Positions 7,891 to 20,871 of a DNA stretch of 32,000 nt are shown in pieces. The notes under the pieces are model-generated. The model did not search any database and had not been told where the DNA came from. It saw nothing but the letters and a program-made list of their open reading frames with translations. Position numbers and translations under genes: made by a program. The stretch is from Caedibacter taeniospiralis. GTDB taxonomy: Bacteria > Pseudomonadota > Gammaproteobacteria > Francisellales > Francisellaceae. The first letter of the stretch is position 1. Each line of letters opens with the position of its first letter. Where the stretch lies: assembly GCF_002803295.2 (NCBI RefSeq), contig NZ_PGGB02000001.1:42289-74288 (forward strand), given 5' to 3'.

Positions 7891-9504
7891 TTACCCTATT
7901 GCCACGGCATGTGCCGCCTGTATGATGTGTGTTGAGGCCGCTGAAGATAATTGTAAAATTAGTTCTGGATAAACCCCAAACCAGATCGTTGGAATCGCCA
8001 ATAACACTAACACAAAAACTTCCAGTCCTGCAATGTCCTTTAAATTGGCAACCTGAGTTGTCACAATTTTACCGAAAAATACACGCTTATACATCCAAAG
8101 GGTATAGGCTGGAGCAATAATCATTGTCAGCCCGGCAATTAAGGCTACCCAAATCGAATATTTAAACACGGCTAAAATAATCAGGAACTCCCCGACAAAA
8201 CCACTGGTTCCTGGTAAGCCTACATTTGCCAAGCAGAACAACATGAAAAAGCTTGCAAAGACTGGCATGGATCGTGCCACTCCTTGAAAATCCGCGATAT
8301 TGCGTGTGTGCATTCTCAGATATAAATAGCCACAACCGATAAACATACCACCCGCTGAAAACGCATGAGCTATCATCTGAAACATTGCACCCTGAATCGC
8401 AAGCTGTGCATCTGCCATTCCCAACACAGGATCTGGATTATGCTCTACCAATAAAAAAATCGAAAACATTGCCAAGGTTACCAATCCCATATGTGAGATG
8501 GATGAGTAGGCAATCAGACGTTTAAAGTCAGTTTGGGCGATAGCAACAATGCCAACATAGACGATGGCAATAAGCGATATACCGATTAAAAACCAGTCTA
8601 ACAACGCGGTAATGCTTGGAATCAATGGCAATACAAAGCGCAGGAAACCATAAGCACCAAGTTTAAGCATCAATGCCGCAAGAACCACCGAACCCCCAGC
8701 AGGCGCTTCAGAGTGCGCATCTGGCAACCAGGAATGCAATGGCCACATCGGGATTTTCACCGCAAAGGCTAAGAAAAATGCGCCAAATAAAAGCCACTGA
8801 GCCGTTAAGGTAACATTCACTAACTGCCCCATATTGTTGACTTGTGTCGCCCAGAAAATAAAGTTCTGAATTGAGAAAGTCCCGCTGTCAACCAAACTGC
8901 TACCAGGCAATGCCGCGACTTGCTGTTGAATATACAAAAAAGCGAGAAGCAGAAAAATTGAGCCTGAAAAAGTGTACAGGAAATATTTAATCGCCGCATA
9001 GGCTTTTTGCTTGCCTCCCCAGATACCGATACCTAAGGTTGTCGGAATCAGTAACGCTTCCCAGAAAATATAAAAGAGCATTGTATCCTGTGCCATAAAT
9101 ACCGCATTGGTGAGTCCTGTGGTAATCAGGAAGATCGCCATATATTGTCTTAATCTCACTGTGATACTACGCCATGCAGCAAGGATGATCACGATGTTGG
9201 TAAAACTTGTTAAGATAATGAATAAAACGGAAAAACCATCCACACCTAAGTAATAATATACGGCATCATTATTAGCAAACAAGCTAAACCAGCGCACACG
9301 TTCGACAAACTGCATGCTGGCACTGGTTGGGTCAAACCCAAGGTATAAAGGTATGCAAAGGAGCAGAGTTAAAACGGCAACGGCTAATGCGCTCCAGCGC
9401 GCAGCTTCCTTTTTGCCATCAGGAGACTTGGCAGCCAACACGATAAGACCACCAATAATCGGCACCCATATTAACAAACTCAATAAGTAGTTGGTTATAA
9501 ACAT
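7891..9504 (-). CDS. nuoM: NADH-quinone oxidoreductase subunit M
   Basis: AFAVKIPMWPLHSWLPDAHSEAP, YSSISHMG, ANVGLPGTSGFVGEFL; operon position. Confidence 0.97.
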   Translation of the reverse strand: MFITNYLLSLLIWVPIIGGLIVLAAKSPDGKKEAARWSALAVAVLTLLLCIPLYLGFDPTSASMQFVERVRWFSLFANNDAVYYYLGVDGFSVLFIILTSFTNIVIILAAWRSITVRLRQYMAIFLITTGLTNAVFMAQDTMLFYIFWEALLIPTTLGIGIWGGKQKAYAAIKYFLYTFSGSIFLLLAFLYIQQQVAALPGSSLVDSGTFSIQNFIFWATQVNNMGQLVNVTLTAQWLLFGAFFLAFAVKIPMWPLHSWLPDAHSEAPAGGSVVLAALMLKLGAYGFLRFVLPLIPSITALLDWFLIGISLIAIVYVGIVAIAQTDFKRLIAYSSISHMGLVTLAMFSIFLLVEHNPDPVLGMADAQLAIQGAMFQMIAHAFSAGGMFIGCGYLYLRMHTRNIADFQGVARSMPVFASFFMLFCLANVGLPGTSGFVGEFLIILAVFKYSIWVALIAGLTMIIAPAYTLWMYKRVFFGKIVTTQVANLKDIAGLEVFVLVLLAIPTIWFGVYPELILQLSSAASTHIIQAAHAVAIG

Positions 9505-9530
9505 AATATTAATCTTCCTTTAAACCCGCC

Positions 9531-11540
9531 TCAATTCACCCAAAAGATGAGCCATGTGATCAGCGCCACCACACCAATAAGCATTACCAATGCGTAATCA
9601 AATAAATAACCGCGTTGCATGCGCGTCATCTTTCTTCCTGCAAAATAAATCAAGTCCGCACTACCTTGAACTGCGGTCTTATCAATCATAAAGATATCAA
9701 CCACAATCCATAAGAACTTACTCAACAAAATGACACCCTTGACAAAAATCAAATTATAAAGCCCATCGATGAAATATTTTTTCACTAGGATGTAGTGCAG
9801 AATTCCAACGCCTGAACGCACATTAGCCAACGTTTTGGGGATGCTTGGGATAAGCACATAAAAAATATAAGCCAGAATCAATGCGCCAATTGCCAACCAA
9901 AACGGCACGGTCTGTACCGAATGCGCAATGTAATCCCATGGCGTTTTTGTTGCAGCTTCTTGTGCCAGGCTTGCAACAATCGTCATATTGCCTAAAGCAG
10001 GTTGGGAATATTGCGCAATTGTGTTACCAAAGAAACCGTTAGCATTAGCCAAATTTGGCGTTAATGCTGATTCAAAAAATAACATTCCCGCAAATATTGA
10101 TGGAATCGCCAATAGAATCAGCGGCAGCAAAATAGTCCATGGAGATTCTTTAGTATGCGTTTTCGTATGCGTATCCATTCTTGGTTGACCGTGAAAGGTC
10201 ATAAAAATCATTCTAAAGATGTAGAATGAGGTCACAAAAGCACAGGCCAATACAAGATAATAGGCAAATTCATGCCCGGGCAGGGTAGTTTCTGCAACGG
10301 CTTCAATGATTAAATCCTTGGAGAAAAAACCTGAAAATGGGGGTATTGCCGCCAGTGCCCAACCACCAATAATCATACAGATATAGGTAATCGGCATGTA
10401 TTTTCTTAAGCCACCCATCTTGCGCATATCCTGTTCATGGTGGAGGGCTACGATGACTGAGCCTGCCGCCAGAAATAGAAGCGCCTTAAACATCGCGTGC
10501 GTCATTAAATGGAACATGCCAATTGAGAATCCTGACGCCCCTTGTGCCACCATCATATAACCCAATTGCGATAGGGTACAATAAGCGATCACACGTTTAA
10601 TATCCATCTGGACAATCGCGACAAGCCCCATAAACAAACAGGTGATCGCCCCAATAATCATCACAAAACTAAGTGCTGCTGCTGAATGCACAAACATCGG
10701 AGATAAGCGCGCCACCATAAACACCCCAGCAGTTACCATGGTCGCCGCGTGAATCAAGGCGGATATGGGAGTTGGACCTTCCATTGAACCTTCTAGCCAG
10801 GTATGTAATGGAAACTGTGCCGATTTACCCATCGCCCCAATAAACAATAAGACACACATCAAGGTAATCGGACTAAACTCCATACCTAAAAAGGAGATCA
10901 TCCGAGTGTTATCCAGATTAGTCACCTCTGTAAATACAGTACTGTAATCCATCGAATTGCAATAATAAATTACCGCGGCAATACCCAACAAAAATCCAAG
11001 ATCACCAACGCGATTCACAATAAAAGCACGTAAACTCGCCTCATTGGCAGAATCTTTGTCAAAGTAAAACCCGATCAATAAATAGGAAAAAAGTCCAACG
11101 CCCTCCCAGCCAAAGAATAACAATAGGAAGTTATTGCCCATAATGAGGCATAGCATCGCAAAAGTAAAGCCAGAAATATAGGCAAAAAAGCGCGCATAAC
11201 CTGCCTCACCCTTCATGTATCCAATGGAATAGATATGCACAAGAGCCGATACAAAGGTCACGATCAACATCATAAATACAGACAACTTATCAACGGTGAA
11301 GCTCACTTTCATACCTAAGCTTGGGAATAATGCCCAGTTAAAGTAAGTCGCCGTATAAACTTCATTATTCAGATATACGCCTAGTGCCAATACCAGACTT
11401 AATACGAAGGATAAAATGACAAGACCTGTGGTAATACAACTAACACCTGTCAATTGCACTTTTTTCGAGAAAAATCCCGCTACAATCGAGCCAAGGGCAG
11501 GAGCTAGGATAAGCATCGCAATAATAAAATCAATTCCCAT
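9531..11540 (-). CDS. nuoL: NADH-quinone oxidoreductase subunit L
   Basis: FVSALVHIYSIGYM, GKSAQFPLHTWLEGSMEGPTPISALIHAATMVTAG, IPPFSGFFSKD. Confidence 0.97.
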   Translation of the reverse strand: MGIDFIIAMLILAPALGSIVAGFFSKKVQLTGVSCITTGLVILSFVLSLVLALGVYLNNEVYTATYFNWALFPSLGMKVSFTVDKLSVFMMLIVTFVSALVHIYSIGYMKGEAGYARFFAYISGFTFAMLCLIMGNNFLLLFFGWEGVGLFSYLLIGFYFDKDSANEASLRAFIVNRVGDLGFLLGIAAVIYYCNSMDYSTVFTEVTNLDNTRMISFLGMEFSPITLMCVLLFIGAMGKSAQFPLHTWLEGSMEGPTPISALIHAATMVTAGVFMVARLSPMFVHSAAALSFVMIIGAITCLFMGLVAIVQMDIKRVIAYCTLSQLGYMMVAQGASGFSIGMFHLMTHAMFKALLFLAAGSVIVALHHEQDMRKMGGLRKYMPITYICMIIGGWALAAIPPFSGFFSKDLIIEAVAETTLPGHEFAYYLVLACAFVTSFYIFRMIFMTFHGQPRMDTHTKTHTKESPWTILLPLILLAIPSIFAGMLFFESALTPNLANANGFFGNTIAQYSQPALGNMTIVASLAQEAATKTPWDYIAHSVQTVPFWLAIGALILAYIFYVLIPSIPKTLANVRSGVGILHYILVKKYFIDGLYNLIFVKGVILLSKFLWIVVDIFMIDKTAVQGSADLIYFAGRKMTRMQRGYLFDYALVMLIGVVALITWLIFWVN

Positions 11541-11544
11541 CGTC

Positions 11545-11862
11545 TTAGCCTTTTAGTGTATTAAGTTGACTGACATCGATTGTTTTACGTGTCCTAAAAA
11601 GTACGACAACAATCGCAAGCCCTATTGCCGCTTCAGCCGCAGCTACTGTTAAAATAAAGAACACAAATACATCGCCTGTGCTTTGCGCAAGCATACTCGA
11701 AAAGGCGATAAAGTTAGTATTAACTGCAAGTAGCATGAGTTCAATGGACATCAGTAAAATCAGCAAGTTACGACGATTAATGATAATACCAGCAATGCTC
11801 AATGAAAAAATAATCGCACTGAAAATTAAATAATGAGTAACAGGTATGGGAATACTAGTCAT
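11545..11862 (-). CDS. nuoK: NADH-quinone oxidoreductase subunit K
   Basis: [25 protein letters not shown] and [19 protein letters not shown]; 105 aa. Confidence 0.96.
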   Translation of the reverse strand: MTSIPIPVTHYLIFSAIIFSLSIAGIIINRRNLLILLMSIELMLLAVNTNFIAFSSMLAQSTGDVFVFFILTVAAAEAAIGLAIVVVLFRTRKTIDVSQLNTLKG

Positions 11863-12485
11863 TTAGGCTCTCCCTGATCAGATTTCTGTTGTGCTTCTTT
11901 TGCGCTTTTTTCTACTTTCATTTTAACCATGCTCAAGCGATCTTTGGCTTGCGTTTTAATCTGTACGCTTGGATTAATCGATTTATTGCCTGGCTTTTTA
12001 CCACGAAAGGTCAGCGTGATTGCTGCCACCATTGCTGCCAACAGAATCATGCCCGCAAGCTCAAAGGCATAAAGATATTTATTTGAAAACATCTCAGCTC
12101 CCAGACTCTCAACTGTGCCTAAGCCTCCTGTCATCGTTTTATCTGCAAACGTATGACTCACAACGATTGAAATCAATAATGCAAGGCAAGCACACAGTAA
12201 AATGACGATCGGCCAGTAAAGCACCCATTTTTTCTGTTTGATGACAATATTGATATCCAGCATCATCACCACAAACAGGAACATCACCAATACCGCACCG
12301 ACATAAACCACGATCAAAAGTAGTGCCAGGTACTCCTGTTGCATCGTCAGCCATACGCCCGCGGCTGCAAAGAAAGTAAAAACTTTCGCGATAACGGCGC
12401 GCACTGGATTTTTGGCACTGATGACCAACAGCGCCCCTAAAACAGTCAGCCCTGCAAATACATAAAAGATAATATTAACACTCAT
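11859..12485 (-). CDS. nuoJ: NADH-quinone oxidoreductase subunit J
   Basis: [22 protein letters not shown]; stop/start overlap with nuoK. Confidence 0.95.
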   Translation of the reverse strand: MSVNIIFYVFAGLTVLGALLVISAKNPVRAVIAKVFTFFAAAGVWLTMQQEYLALLLIVVYVGAVLVMFLFVVMMLDINIVIKQKKWVLYWPIVILLCACLALLISIVVSHTFADKTMTGGLGTVESLGAEMFSNKYLYAFELAGMILLAAMVAAITLTFRGKKPGNKSINPSVQIKTQAKDRLSMVKMKVEKSAKEAQQKSDQGEPK

Positions 12486-12491
12486 CTGTTC

Positions 12492-13004
12492 CTACCTAAA
12501 TGCCTTATCTGCTTCACGATCCTGGGCAATTTCTTTTTCATATTTATCCCCTATTGCCAGGAGTTTTGCCTTGGTCAAAATATTTTCACCACGATTTTCA
12601 AAATGATATTCAAACACGCGTGTCTCAACGATCGAATCCACAGGACATGACTCCTCACAAAAGCCACAAAAGATGCACTTAAACAAATCAATTTCATATT
12701 TTGTTGTGCGCCTTGAGCCATCTTCGCGTGGTTCAGCTTCAATGGTAATTGCGAGCGCGGGGCACACCACCTCACACAATTTGCAGGCAATGCAGCGCTC
12801 CTCACCATTTTCATAGCGTCTTAAAGCATGCAGACCGCGAAACCTGCCTGATTGCGGGGTCTTCTCATCTGGATATTGTACCGTTACTTTACGGGTAAAA
12901 AAGTGCTTCCCCGTAATCTTAAGACCCTTTAGCAGCTCCCATAGCAAAAAGGTCTGACAATAGCGTTTGATCGCTTTAAACATTAATAAATCTCCTACCA
13001 CCAA
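12492..13004 (-). CDS. nuoI: NADH-quinone oxidoreductase subunit I
   Basis: Two 4Fe-4S motifs: [13 protein letters not shown] and [16 protein letters not shown]. True start may be an internal Met (MFKAIKRY). Confidence 0.96.
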   Translation of the reverse strand: MVVGDLLMFKAIKRYCQTFLLWELLKGLKITGKHFFTRKVTVQYPDEKTPQSGRFRGLHALRRYENGEERCIACKLCEVVCPALAITIEAEPREDGSRRTTKYEIDLFKCIFCGFCEESCPVDSIVETRVFEYHFENRGENILTKAKLLAIGDKYEKEIAQDREADKAFR

Positions 13005-14008
13005 GGACCTAAGCCAAGTTTAACCATGAAAGCCACAAAAATAACCCATACTAATGTCACTGGAATAAATATTTTCCAGCCCAAACGCATTAACTGATCG
13101 TAACGGTATCTTGGGAAAGTAGCGCGAATCCACAAATACATAAACATGAAGATACCCGTCTTTAAAAACAGCCAAATCATTCCAGGGACAAAACTAAAGA
13201 ATTGATCTAATACGGGGATGCCATCAAATGGAGACATCCAGCCACCTAAGAAAAACACGGCTGTTAATAGACTGATCAAGATCATATTGGCATATTCCGC
13301 CAAAAAGAATAAAGCAAAGCGCGCACCTGAATACTCAACATGGTGTCCTGCGATAATCTCAGACTCGCCTTCAATCACATCAAAGGGCGCGCGTCCAGTT
13401 TCTGCAACACCCGCGATAAAATAAATAATAAACAGAGGGAATAATGGGATAAAGTACCAGTGCCAGATACCGCCTTGTTGCGTTTCAATAATTGTACTGA
13501 GATTAAGTGAGCCTGCGGCAATCAACACCCCAATAATCGCAAACCCCATCGCTAACTCATATGACACCACCTGAGCTGCTGCGCGCAACGCGCCAAACAT
13601 TGCATACTTAGAGTTTGACGCCCAACCGGCAATAATCACCCCGTAAACAGCAATGGACGTCATAGCCAAAATATACAAAACACCTGCGTTTATATCAGCA
13701 AGTGCCAGTCCCTTTCCAAATGGGACTACTGCCCAGGCGGCATAAGCAGGCGCAAATGCCAGCATTGGTGCAATAAAAAATAAGTAACGGTTTGACTTCG
13801 TAGGGACGATGATTTCTTTTAGGAGCAGTTTCACCGCATCAACAATCGGTTGCAAAAGACCAAACGAGCCCACGCGATTCGGACCCACTCTATCCTGCAT
13901 ATAGCCAATGACTTTACGCTCCGCATAGGTATAGTACGCTACGACTAGAATCAAAGGAACGACAATCAACAAGACCTTAAGGACAATCCATATAATATCT
14001 AAAATCAT
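12995..14008 (-). CDS. nuoH: NADH-quinone oxidoreductase subunit H
   Basis: [44 protein letters not shown]. Confidence 0.96.
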   Translation of the reverse strand: MILDIIWIVLKVLLIVVPLILVVAYYTYAERKVIGYMQDRVGPNRVGSFGLLQPIVDAVKLLLKEIIVPTKSNRYLFFIAPMLAFAPAYAAWAVVPFGKGLALADINAGVLYILAMTSIAVYGVIIAGWASNSKYAMFGALRAAAQVVSYELAMGFAIIGVLIAAGSLNLSTIIETQQGGIWHWYFIPLFPLFIIYFIAGVAETGRAPFDVIEGESEIIAGHHVEYSGARFALFFLAEYANMILISLLTAVFFLGGWMSPFDGIPVLDQFFSFVPGMIWLFLKTGIFMFMYLWIRATFPRYRYDQLMRLGWKIFIPVTLVWVIFVAFMVKLGLGPWW

Positions 14009-16416
14009 GCGCTCACCACCTCTGTTTTAACTGGCGTGATTGTAACATTTGCCCACTTAGTGCGACAAGGAGACATAAGTTGAAATGGCACAATAATCGT
14101 ATTTGCCGCTAAACCTTCCTCAATGAGGACACCAAGCTCAACCGATTCACCATCTATCGACACTATGGCTCTCGTCGATGATTGCAGTGACTTTTGCTGT
14201 GCAAACTTCGTTGAGATCCGCAAAGCTCGATAATAAGCAGCATCTTTGGTTGTTTGTAACGGCTTCCCACGCCTTAAGGTATCAAAGGTGCTATACATAG
14301 AAATGGCAGGTAGCACCGTATAGCCCTCCTGAAGCTCTGGCAAAGCATTGCTTAGTAAGTTATCAGGGTTAATTTGGGGCATGACTTTTTCAATTGCGGC
14401 ATATTCCTGATAAATCTCATCAAGCGATTGATAGCTAAAGCCATCAAGTGCCAGCAAGTTTGCTAATACACGCAATACTTTCCATAATGGCTTACTTGCT
14501 TCATAGGGTGGAATAACCGCCTTAAAGCGTTGTGTTTGTCCCACAATATTAATAAATGAGCCATCTTCTTCAAAGTGTGTGCAAATGGGCAATATGATAT
14601 CGGCATATTCGCGCATCGCATCGGTTGCGTAAGCAGAAAATACCGCAACAATGTCAATCGCCTTGAGTGCTTCCAGCGTTTTCCGTCCATCGATATAATC
14701 CAACTCGGGTTCAATCCCGAAAGTTAATAGCAGTTTTGTGTTGGCACTTAAAATTGACGAAGCAGACATTCCTGATTGCAGATTTTCAAGACCTCCAGGC
14801 AAATACTCTGAAGCTGCTCCAGTCAGTAGAGCACCCCTGGCATTGGCACCAAAGCTAAGCACCCCACCTTTTGCATGAAGCAGTTGTTTTAATTCGCTAA
14901 ATAACGCACAAATTCCGGCAAAATCTTTATTCAAAATCGCATCAAATCCCAAAATAAGTACAGGATTTTCTCTGGAAATCAACTCTGCTGCCAACGCCTC
15001 AATCTCAGGCAAGCTTTCCACGCTATCGATCACTTTCTTAACTTGTGTCGATTGAATAGGCGTGGCAATTTTTTGAGATACCGCCTTTACCAGGTTTGCC
15101 AGCGCATAAATAAGCTCATTCGCTTCGATTTGCATCGTTTCAACATCATAGTTGAAATCATAGTACTGACTATTTAACGCAAATACCCTGGAACCCTTTT
15201 TGAACGCCGTATGAACGCGATGATTAATCAAGGGAATCTCTTTACGCAGGTAGCTGCCAACGAGTAAGACCGCATCAGCATTTTCAATTTCATCCAGGAG
15301 GCAATCAAAACCAACTCCAGTATGCAGTGAAGTTTTATGCGCCCCTTGTTTTAAGCGCGTATCAATATTATTTGAACCAATTTGGCGTATCAGTTTTTGC
15401 AGTAAGTAAAGCGATTCTGTCGTTGCCGACTCAGAGGCAAGGGCTGCAATGCTATTTACCCCATCCTGTGCCTTGGTCTCTTCAATCGCGACTTTAATAA
15501 AATCTAGGGCTTCTTCCCAAGACACTTCAACCCAACGATCATTCTTCTTGATCATGGGCTCAGTTAGGCGATCCTCACTATAAACGCCGGTATAATAAAA
15601 ACGGTCTTTATCGGCAAGCCATGTCTCATTAACTGCTTCATTTTCTTTGGGCACAACGCGCATCAGCTGGTTACGTCTGACATGCGCATAGATATTTGCC
15701 CCCACCGCATCAGCCGCTGAAATCGTTGGATATTGCTGCAACTCCCAGGCACGAGCCTGGAATCTAAAGGGCTTCGAGGTCAGAGCCCCAACGGGACACA
15801 GATCAATAATATTACCTGAAAGCTCTGAATTAACGGTTTTTGCCACATAGGTGCTAATTTGGGTGTGGTCTCCGCGCCCCATGGCGCCAAGCTCCTTATC
15901 GCCACTGATTTCTTCACCAAAGCGGACACAACGCGTGCACTGAATACAGCGCGTCATGTCAGTGGCAATCAATGAACCTAAACTTGGATCATCAAATACG
16001 CGCTTTGTTTCGTGGTACTTGGAAACGTCATCTCCATAACCTATTGCAATATCTTGCAACTCGCACTCGCCACCTTGATCGCAAATAGGACAATCCAGTG
16101 GGTGATTAATGAGTAAGAATTCCATAACTTTCTTTTGATAAGAAATAGTTGTTGGTGATTTGGTAAAGACCTTCATGCCATCCATAATGGGGGTGGCACA
16201 CGCAGGAGACGGTTTTCTTGCCCCTTCGACTTCAACCAGGCACATTCTGCAATTGGCTGCCACTGAGAGTTTTTTATGATAACAAAAGCGGGGAATATAA
16301 ATGCCATGCCTATCCGCCACCTCAATGATCATCTCACCAGGACTCACCGCATATGACTGCCCATTGATTTCAATACTCAATTGTTTCGTTACTTGTTTTT
16401 CTGACACGGGAGTCAC
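14005..16416 (-). CDS. nuoG: NADH-quinone oxidoreductase subunit G
   Basis: 2Fe-2[38 protein letters not shown], then a molybdopterin-oxidoreductase-like domain; 803 aa. Confidence 0.96.
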   Translation of the reverse strand: MTPVSEKQVTKQLSIEINGQSYAVSPGEMIIEVADRHGIYIPRFCYHKKLSVAANCRMCLVEVEGARKPSPACATPIMDGMKVFTKSPTTISYQKKVMEFLLINHPLDCPICDQGGECELQDIAIGYGDDVSKYHETKRVFDDPSLGSLIATDMTRCIQCTRCVRFGEEISGDKELGAMGRGDHTQISTYVAKTVNSELSGNIIDLCPVGALTSKPFRFQARAWELQQYPTISAADAVGANIYAHVRRNQLMRVVPKENEAVNETWLADKDRFYYTGVYSEDRLTEPMIKKNDRWVEVSWEEALDFIKVAIEETKAQDGVNSIAALASESATTESLYLLQKLIRQIGSNNIDTRLKQGAHKTSLHTGVGFDCLLDEIENADAVLLVGSYLRKEIPLINHRVHTAFKKGSRVFALNSQYYDFNYDVETMQIEANELIYALANLVKAVSQKIATPIQSTQVKKVIDSVESLPEIEALAAELISRENPVLILGFDAILNKDFAGICALFSELKQLLHAKGGVLSFGANARGALLTGAASEYLPGGLENLQSGMSASSILSANTKLLLTFGIEPELDYIDGRKTLEALKAIDIVAVFSAYATDAMREYADIILPICTHFEEDGSFINIVGQTQRFKAVIPPYEASKPLWKVLRVLANLLALDGFSYQSLDEIYQEYAAIEKVMPQINPDNLLSNALPELQEGYTVLPAISMYSTFDTLRRGKPLQTTKDAAYYRALRISTKFAQQKSLQSSTRAIVSIDGESVELGVLIEEGLAANTIIVPFQLMSPCRTKWANVTITPVKTEVVSA

Positions 16417-16501
16417 CCTTTATCAATTATGTTTGTTCAATTTACCTGCGGTGACCATATTTCCGCCCACTCTATGGTGCTGAGCACCGATGCGCTTTAA
16501 A

Positions 16502-16647
16502 AAACACCCCGCCTTGCAAGCCTGACCACTTTAGAGTGGTCAGGCAAGCTCGGCACCCCTCTTGAAAAGAGGGGAATATCCACCGAAGCTACCGCCTAAT
16601 TCCCCTCTTTTCAAGAGGGGTGGCAGCCGCAGGCTGACGGGGTGTTT
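16502..16647. repeat. Composite palindromic repeat in the nuoG-nuoF gap
   Basis: AAACACCCCG (16502-16511) and CGGGGTGTTT (16638-16647) flank a 26-nt hairpin (16520-16545) and a 22-nt inverted pair (16556-16577 / 16599-16620), each arm itself a hairpin. Confidence 0.6.
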
Positions 16648-16670
16648 AAAATTACTAGAACTCTACTATC

Positions 16671-17939
16671 TTAAACACCAACGGTATGCTTATCTGCAAT
16701 CATACGTTCAAACTCATGTCTGAACTTTTTAATATAACTTTGCACAGGCCATGCCGCGGCATCCCCCAAACCACAAATCGTATTTCCTTCAATATTCGAG
16801 GCGACACGCGTGAGATTATCGATATCCTTGAGATTACCTTCACCATGCAAAATACGATCCAGAGTTCTTGCCAACCATCCAGTACCCTCTCTGCAAGGTG
16901 TGCACTGTCCACAGGATTCTTCATAATAAAATTCAGCCAGGCGTGCCAACAGTTCAACCATGCACGTGTCTTCGTCTAAGACAACAACCGCACCTGAACC
17001 AAGCATTGATCCTGCCTGCCCAATCGCTTCATAGTCCATGGTGAGATTCATCATCTCATCTCCCGTGAGAATTTTACATGAACTGCCACCTGGAATCACC
17101 GCCTTGATTTTTTTGCCACCACGCACGCCTCCTGCCATCGCTAGTAAATCCTTAAACGGCGTGCCTAAACCAATTTCAAACACCCCAGGAGAATTCACAT
17201 GTCCTGAGACGCAGAACAATTTAGTTCCACCACTTTTCTCGGTACCCAGTTTCTGAAACCACTCACCGCCACGCTCTAAAATCGGCGGCACAGAAGCGTA
17301 AGTTTCAGTGTTATTAATATTGGTGGGGCAATCATATAAGCCCTTACTTGCAGGAAAAGGGGGTTTAAATCTTGGCAATCCTTTTTTCCCTTCCAATGAG
17401 TTGAGTAATGCTGTTTCCTCACCACAAATATAAGCACCAGCTCCAATCGAGCAGTATAAGTTGAAATCAACCCCTGAACTACGCAAATTAAAACCAATGA
17501 GTCCCATGGCGCGCGCCTCATTGAGTGCTGCTTCAAAGCGTGCTATCGGCTCATAAAACTCGCCGCGAATATAGTTGTAACCTACTGTTGAGCCCGTCAC
17601 ATAGCCCGCAATCGCCATGCCTTCAATGAGTTGATGTGGGTTGTTACGTAGAATCTCACGATCCTTGCAAGTCCCTGGCTCCCCCTCATCGGAATTACAC
17701 ACGACATATTTTTGTCCAGGAACATTTCGTGGCATAAAGCTCCACTTAAGCCCTGTCGGAAATCCCGCTCCCCCGCGCCCACGAAGACCCGATTTTTTTA
17801 GTTCCGCAATAATGACTTCAGGCGGAATTTTCTCATCTAAAATTTTTTTCCAATACGAGTATCCACCAACAGATTCATAGGACTTTAGCGACCATGGTCG
17901 TTCAAGATGCAAGGTTCTAAAACAAACTTCATTCGCCAT
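16671..17939 (-). CDS. nuoF: NADH-quinone oxidoreductase subunit F
   Basis: [50 protein letters not shown]. Confidence 0.97.
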   Translation of the reverse strand: MANEVCFRTLHLERPWSLKSYESVGGYSYWKKILDEKIPPEVIIAELKKSGLRGRGGAGFPTGLKWSFMPRNVPGQKYVVCNSDEGEPGTCKDREILRNNPHQLIEGMAIAGYVTGSTVGYNYIRGEFYEPIARFEAALNEARAMGLIGFNLRSSGVDFNLYCSIGAGAYICGEETALLNSLEGKKGLPRFKPPFPASKGLYDCPTNINNTETYASVPPILERGGEWFQKLGTEKSGGTKLFCVSGHVNSPGVFEIGLGTPFKDLLAMAGGVRGGKKIKAVIPGGSSCKILTGDEMMNLTMDYEAIGQAGSMLGSGAVVVLDEDTCMVELLARLAEFYYEESCGQCTPCREGTGWLARTLDRILHGEGNLKDIDNLTRVASNIEGNTICGLGDAAAWPVQSYIKKFRHEFERMIADKHTVGV

Positions 17940-17942
17940 CTA

Positions 17943-18440
17943 TTACTCCAAAGAATCAATAATTTGGTCAACTTTTGCAATGCTTAGATTTTCATAAAAA
18001 ACCTTATCCACTTCGAGCATCGGCGCGCCACAACACGCTCCTTGGCATTCAACCGATCTTAAGGTAATGCGACCATCAGCCGTTGTTTCGCCCGCTTTAA
18101 TCCGAAGTCGATTCTCGATGTGAGTCATGATTTTCTTAGCACCGTTTAACATACACGATAAATTTGTACACACGTTAAGCTTATGCCTGCCAACCTCATG
18201 CAAATCATACATGCTATAAAAAGTTGCCACCTCATAAACCGAAGCTTGCGGCACTTCTAAATACTGCGCGAGCTTTTCCATCAACTCTTCGCTCAAATAC
18301 CCATTATTATAATCTTGCAATACATGCAAGCCTGGAATAATAACTGACCTCTTCTGGTTGACTGGGTAGCGCTTTTCCCAGTTCTCCAGGAGTTCTGTGA
18401 TATGCGCGGGGAAAATTTCTTTTTTATTTAACATAGACAA
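17943..18440 (-). CDS. nuoE: NADH-quinone oxidoreductase subunit E
   Basis: Thioredoxin-like 2Fe-2S: VCTNLSCMLNGA and RSVECQGACCGAPM. Confidence 0.96.
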   Translation of the reverse strand: MSMLNKKEIFPAHITELLENWEKRYPVNQKRSVIIPGLHVLQDYNNGYLSEELMEKLAQYLEVPQASVYEVATFYSMYDLHEVGRHKLNVCTNLSCMLNGAKKIMTHIENRLRIKAGETTADGRITLRSVECQGACCGAPMLEVDKVFYENLSIAKVDQIIDSLE

Positions 18441-18449
18441 ACCCTAAAC

Positions 18450-19703
18450 TTATCTATCTACATCGCCAAACACGATGTCTTGTGTGGCAATAATCGCTGG
18501 CACATCTGATAACATATGACCGCTTAACATTTCATTCATCGAGCTTAAATGCGTAAACCCAGGCGCTCTGATTTTCAGGCGATAGGGTTTATTGGCGCCA
18601 TCTGACACCAAATAAATGCCAAACTCACCTTTTGGATGTTCAGTCCCTACATAAACCTCGCCTTCTGGGACGCAATAGCCCTCAGAAAACAGTTTAAAAT
18701 GGTGGATTAACGCCTCCATGCTATTCTTCATCTCATCACGCCTGGGAGGTGTGACTTTATGATTTGGCGCCATAATCGGACCTTCATTGCTGCGTAACCA
18801 CTCAACACATTGGCGAATAATCTTATTCGACTCGCGCATTTCAGCCATTCGCACCAGGTAGCGATCATAGCAATCACCCTTGCTACCCACAGGAATATCA
18901 AACTCCACCTCATCATAAACATCATAAGGCTGTTTTTTGCGCAGATCCCAGGCAACGCCCGAGGCTCTTAACATGGGACCACCAAAGCCCAGCGCCTTGG
19001 CACGCTCTTTCGTAACCACGCCAATACCGACTGTGCGCTGTTTCCAGATTCTGTTATTTGTCAATAAGTTCTCATATTCATCAATGCACTTTGGAAAGCG
19101 CTCGGTGAAATCCCATATAAAGTCCAAGAGCGAACCTTGACGGTTTTTATTAATTGCTTTTAACTTGCTTTTGGAAGTAAAACGCGATTTCTCATATTTT
19201 GGCATCTGCAAAGGCAGATCACGCGCAACACCACCTGGACGGAAATAGGTCGCGTGCATTCTAGCACCCGACACGGCTTCATAGCAGTCAAATAGATCTT
19301 CACGCTCACGAAATGCGTATAAGAACATCGTCATCGCGCCCAAATCCAGGCTATTTGCCGCGGTCCATAACAGATGATTGAGAATGCGGGTAATTTCAGC
19401 GAACATTACCCTGATATATTGCGCACGCTTTGGCACTTCAACTTGCAAAAGTTTTTCAATCGCAAGTACATACGCGTGCTCATTACACATCATCGACACA
19501 TAATCCAAACGATCCATATAGCCGATGCTTTGATTAAATGGCTTAGATTCCGCAAGCTTTTCCGTACCTCTATGTAAGAGCCCAACATGCGGATCAGCGC
19601 GAACAACTACCTCACCATCTAACTCCAATACCAGACGCAATACCCCATGAGCTGCCGGGTGCACAGGTCCAAAGTTCATCGTATAGTTTTTAAATTCAGC
19701 CAT
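18450..19703 (-). CDS. nuoD: NADH-quinone oxidoreductase subunit D
   Basis: [79 protein letters not shown]. Confidence 0.97.
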   Translation of the reverse strand: MAEFKNYTMNFGPVHPAAHGVLRLVLELDGEVVVRADPHVGLLHRGTEKLAESKPFNQSIGYMDRLDYVSMMCNEHAYVLAIEKLLQVEVPKRAQYIRVMFAEITRILNHLLWTAANSLDLGAMTMFLYAFREREDLFDCYEAVSGARMHATYFRPGGVARDLPLQMPKYEKSRFTSKSKLKAINKNRQGSLLDFIWDFTERFPKCIDEYENLLTNNRIWKQRTVGIGVVTKERAKALGFGGPMLRASGVAWDLRKKQPYDVYDEVEFDIPVGSKGDCYDRYLVRMAEMRESNKIIRQCVEWLRSNEGPIMAPNHKVTPPRRDEMKNSMEALIHHFKLFSEGYCVPEGEVYVGTEHPKGEFGIYLVSDGANKPYRLKIRAPGFTHLSSMNEMLSGHMLSDVPAIIATQDIVFGDVDR

Positions 19704-19714
19704 AGTATTCTCAA

Positions 19715-20383
19715 TTACTCTTCATCTAAGTAACGGTTATCTTGACGAATAACCTTTGGAGTAGTCACCCGTGGATCAATTTCTACTGGTTCGTAAACCA
19801 CGCGCTTTTGTGCTTCATCATAACGCATCTCAACATATCCACTTTGCGGGAAATCTTTTCTAAACGGATGCCCCACAAAACCATAATCCGTGAGAATTCG
19901 GCGCAAATCAGGGTGACCCACAAAAATAAAGCCAAACATATCAAAGGCTTCACGCTCATTCCAATTGGCTGAAGGCCAGATATCGACAACACTTGGCAGC
20001 ATTAAATCATATTCATCTAAAAAGACTTTGACGCGTAGACGAATATTAAGCGCCACACTCAGTAAGTGATAAACTACAGCAAAACGCTTCTTACCCTTGT
20101 TTGGCTCTTTATGTAACAGTTCGCCATTGACAACACCACGCGAAAACCCCGTGCTCGTCGCACTTTGTGTTTTCCACTCATCTTCGCCGTAACTCAAATA
20201 ATCTATACCAGAAACATCAACAAGCTGCTCAAACTTAAATACACCTTTCAATCGAGTCATCACCCTGACTAAGTTTTGCTTATCAAGCTCAACCGTGAAT
20301 TCACCGTAGGCAAAGGTAGCCGATAAGAAATAGTCCTTAAGATCATTCGTTAAATCATCAATAAATTCTTGCGTTAAGGACAT
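19715..20383 (-). CDS. nuoC: NADH-quinone oxidoreductase subunit C
   Basis: [54 protein letters not shown]. Confidence 0.96.
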   Translation of the reverse strand: MSLTQEFIDDLTNDLKDYFLSATFAYGEFTVELDKQNLVRVMTRLKGVFKFEQLVDVSGIDYLSYGEDEWKTQSATSTGFSRGVVNGELLHKEPNKGKKRFAVVYHLLSVALNIRLRVKVFLDEYDLMLPSVVDIWPSANWNEREAFDMFGFIFVGHPDLRRILTDYGFVGHPFRKDFPQSGYVEMRYDEAQKRVVYEPVEIDPRVTTPKVIRQDNRYLDEE

Positions 20384-20385
20384 CG

Positions 20386-20871
20386 CTATTTCCTCGCAAT
20401 CGTATTAGTACGCTTGATTTTGTTTTGTAGCTGAATAATTCCATAGATAAGTGCCTCAGCCGTGGGCGGACAACCTGGAACATAGACATCCACAGGCAGA
20501 ATGCGATCACACCCCCTAACCACTGAATAGGAGTAATGATAATAACCGCCACCATTGGCACAGGAGCCCATAGAGATAACCCATTTAGGATCGGGCATTT
20601 GATCATAAACTTTACGTAGTGCTGGTGCCATTTTATTGCACAAGGTTCCTGCCACAATCAATACATCTGATTGACGCGGACTGGGGCGAAAAACGATCCC
20701 AAAGCGATCCAGATCATAGCGCGCAGCGCCCGCGTGCATCATCTCAACCGCACAACATGCCAAACCGAAAGTTACTGGCCACAAAGAACCCGTGCGTACC
20801 CAGTTTACCAGGGAGTCGGCACTGGCAGTAATAAAGCCTTTATGGTTATTAATGCCTTCTTCTACTCCCAT
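20386..20871 (-). CDS. nuoB: NADH-quinone oxidoreductase subunit B
   Basis: [70 protein letters not shown]. Start [10 protein letters not shown] at 20871 chosen over the ORF-track start at 20892. Confidence 0.95.
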   Translation of the reverse strand: MGVEEGINNHKGFITASADSLVNWVRTGSLWPVTFGLACCAVEMMHAGAARYDLDRFGIVFRPSPRQSDVLIVAGTLCNKMAPALRKVYDQMPDPKWVISMGSCANGGGYYHYSYSVVRGCDRILPVDVYVPGCPPTAEALIYGIIQLQNKIKRTNTIARK

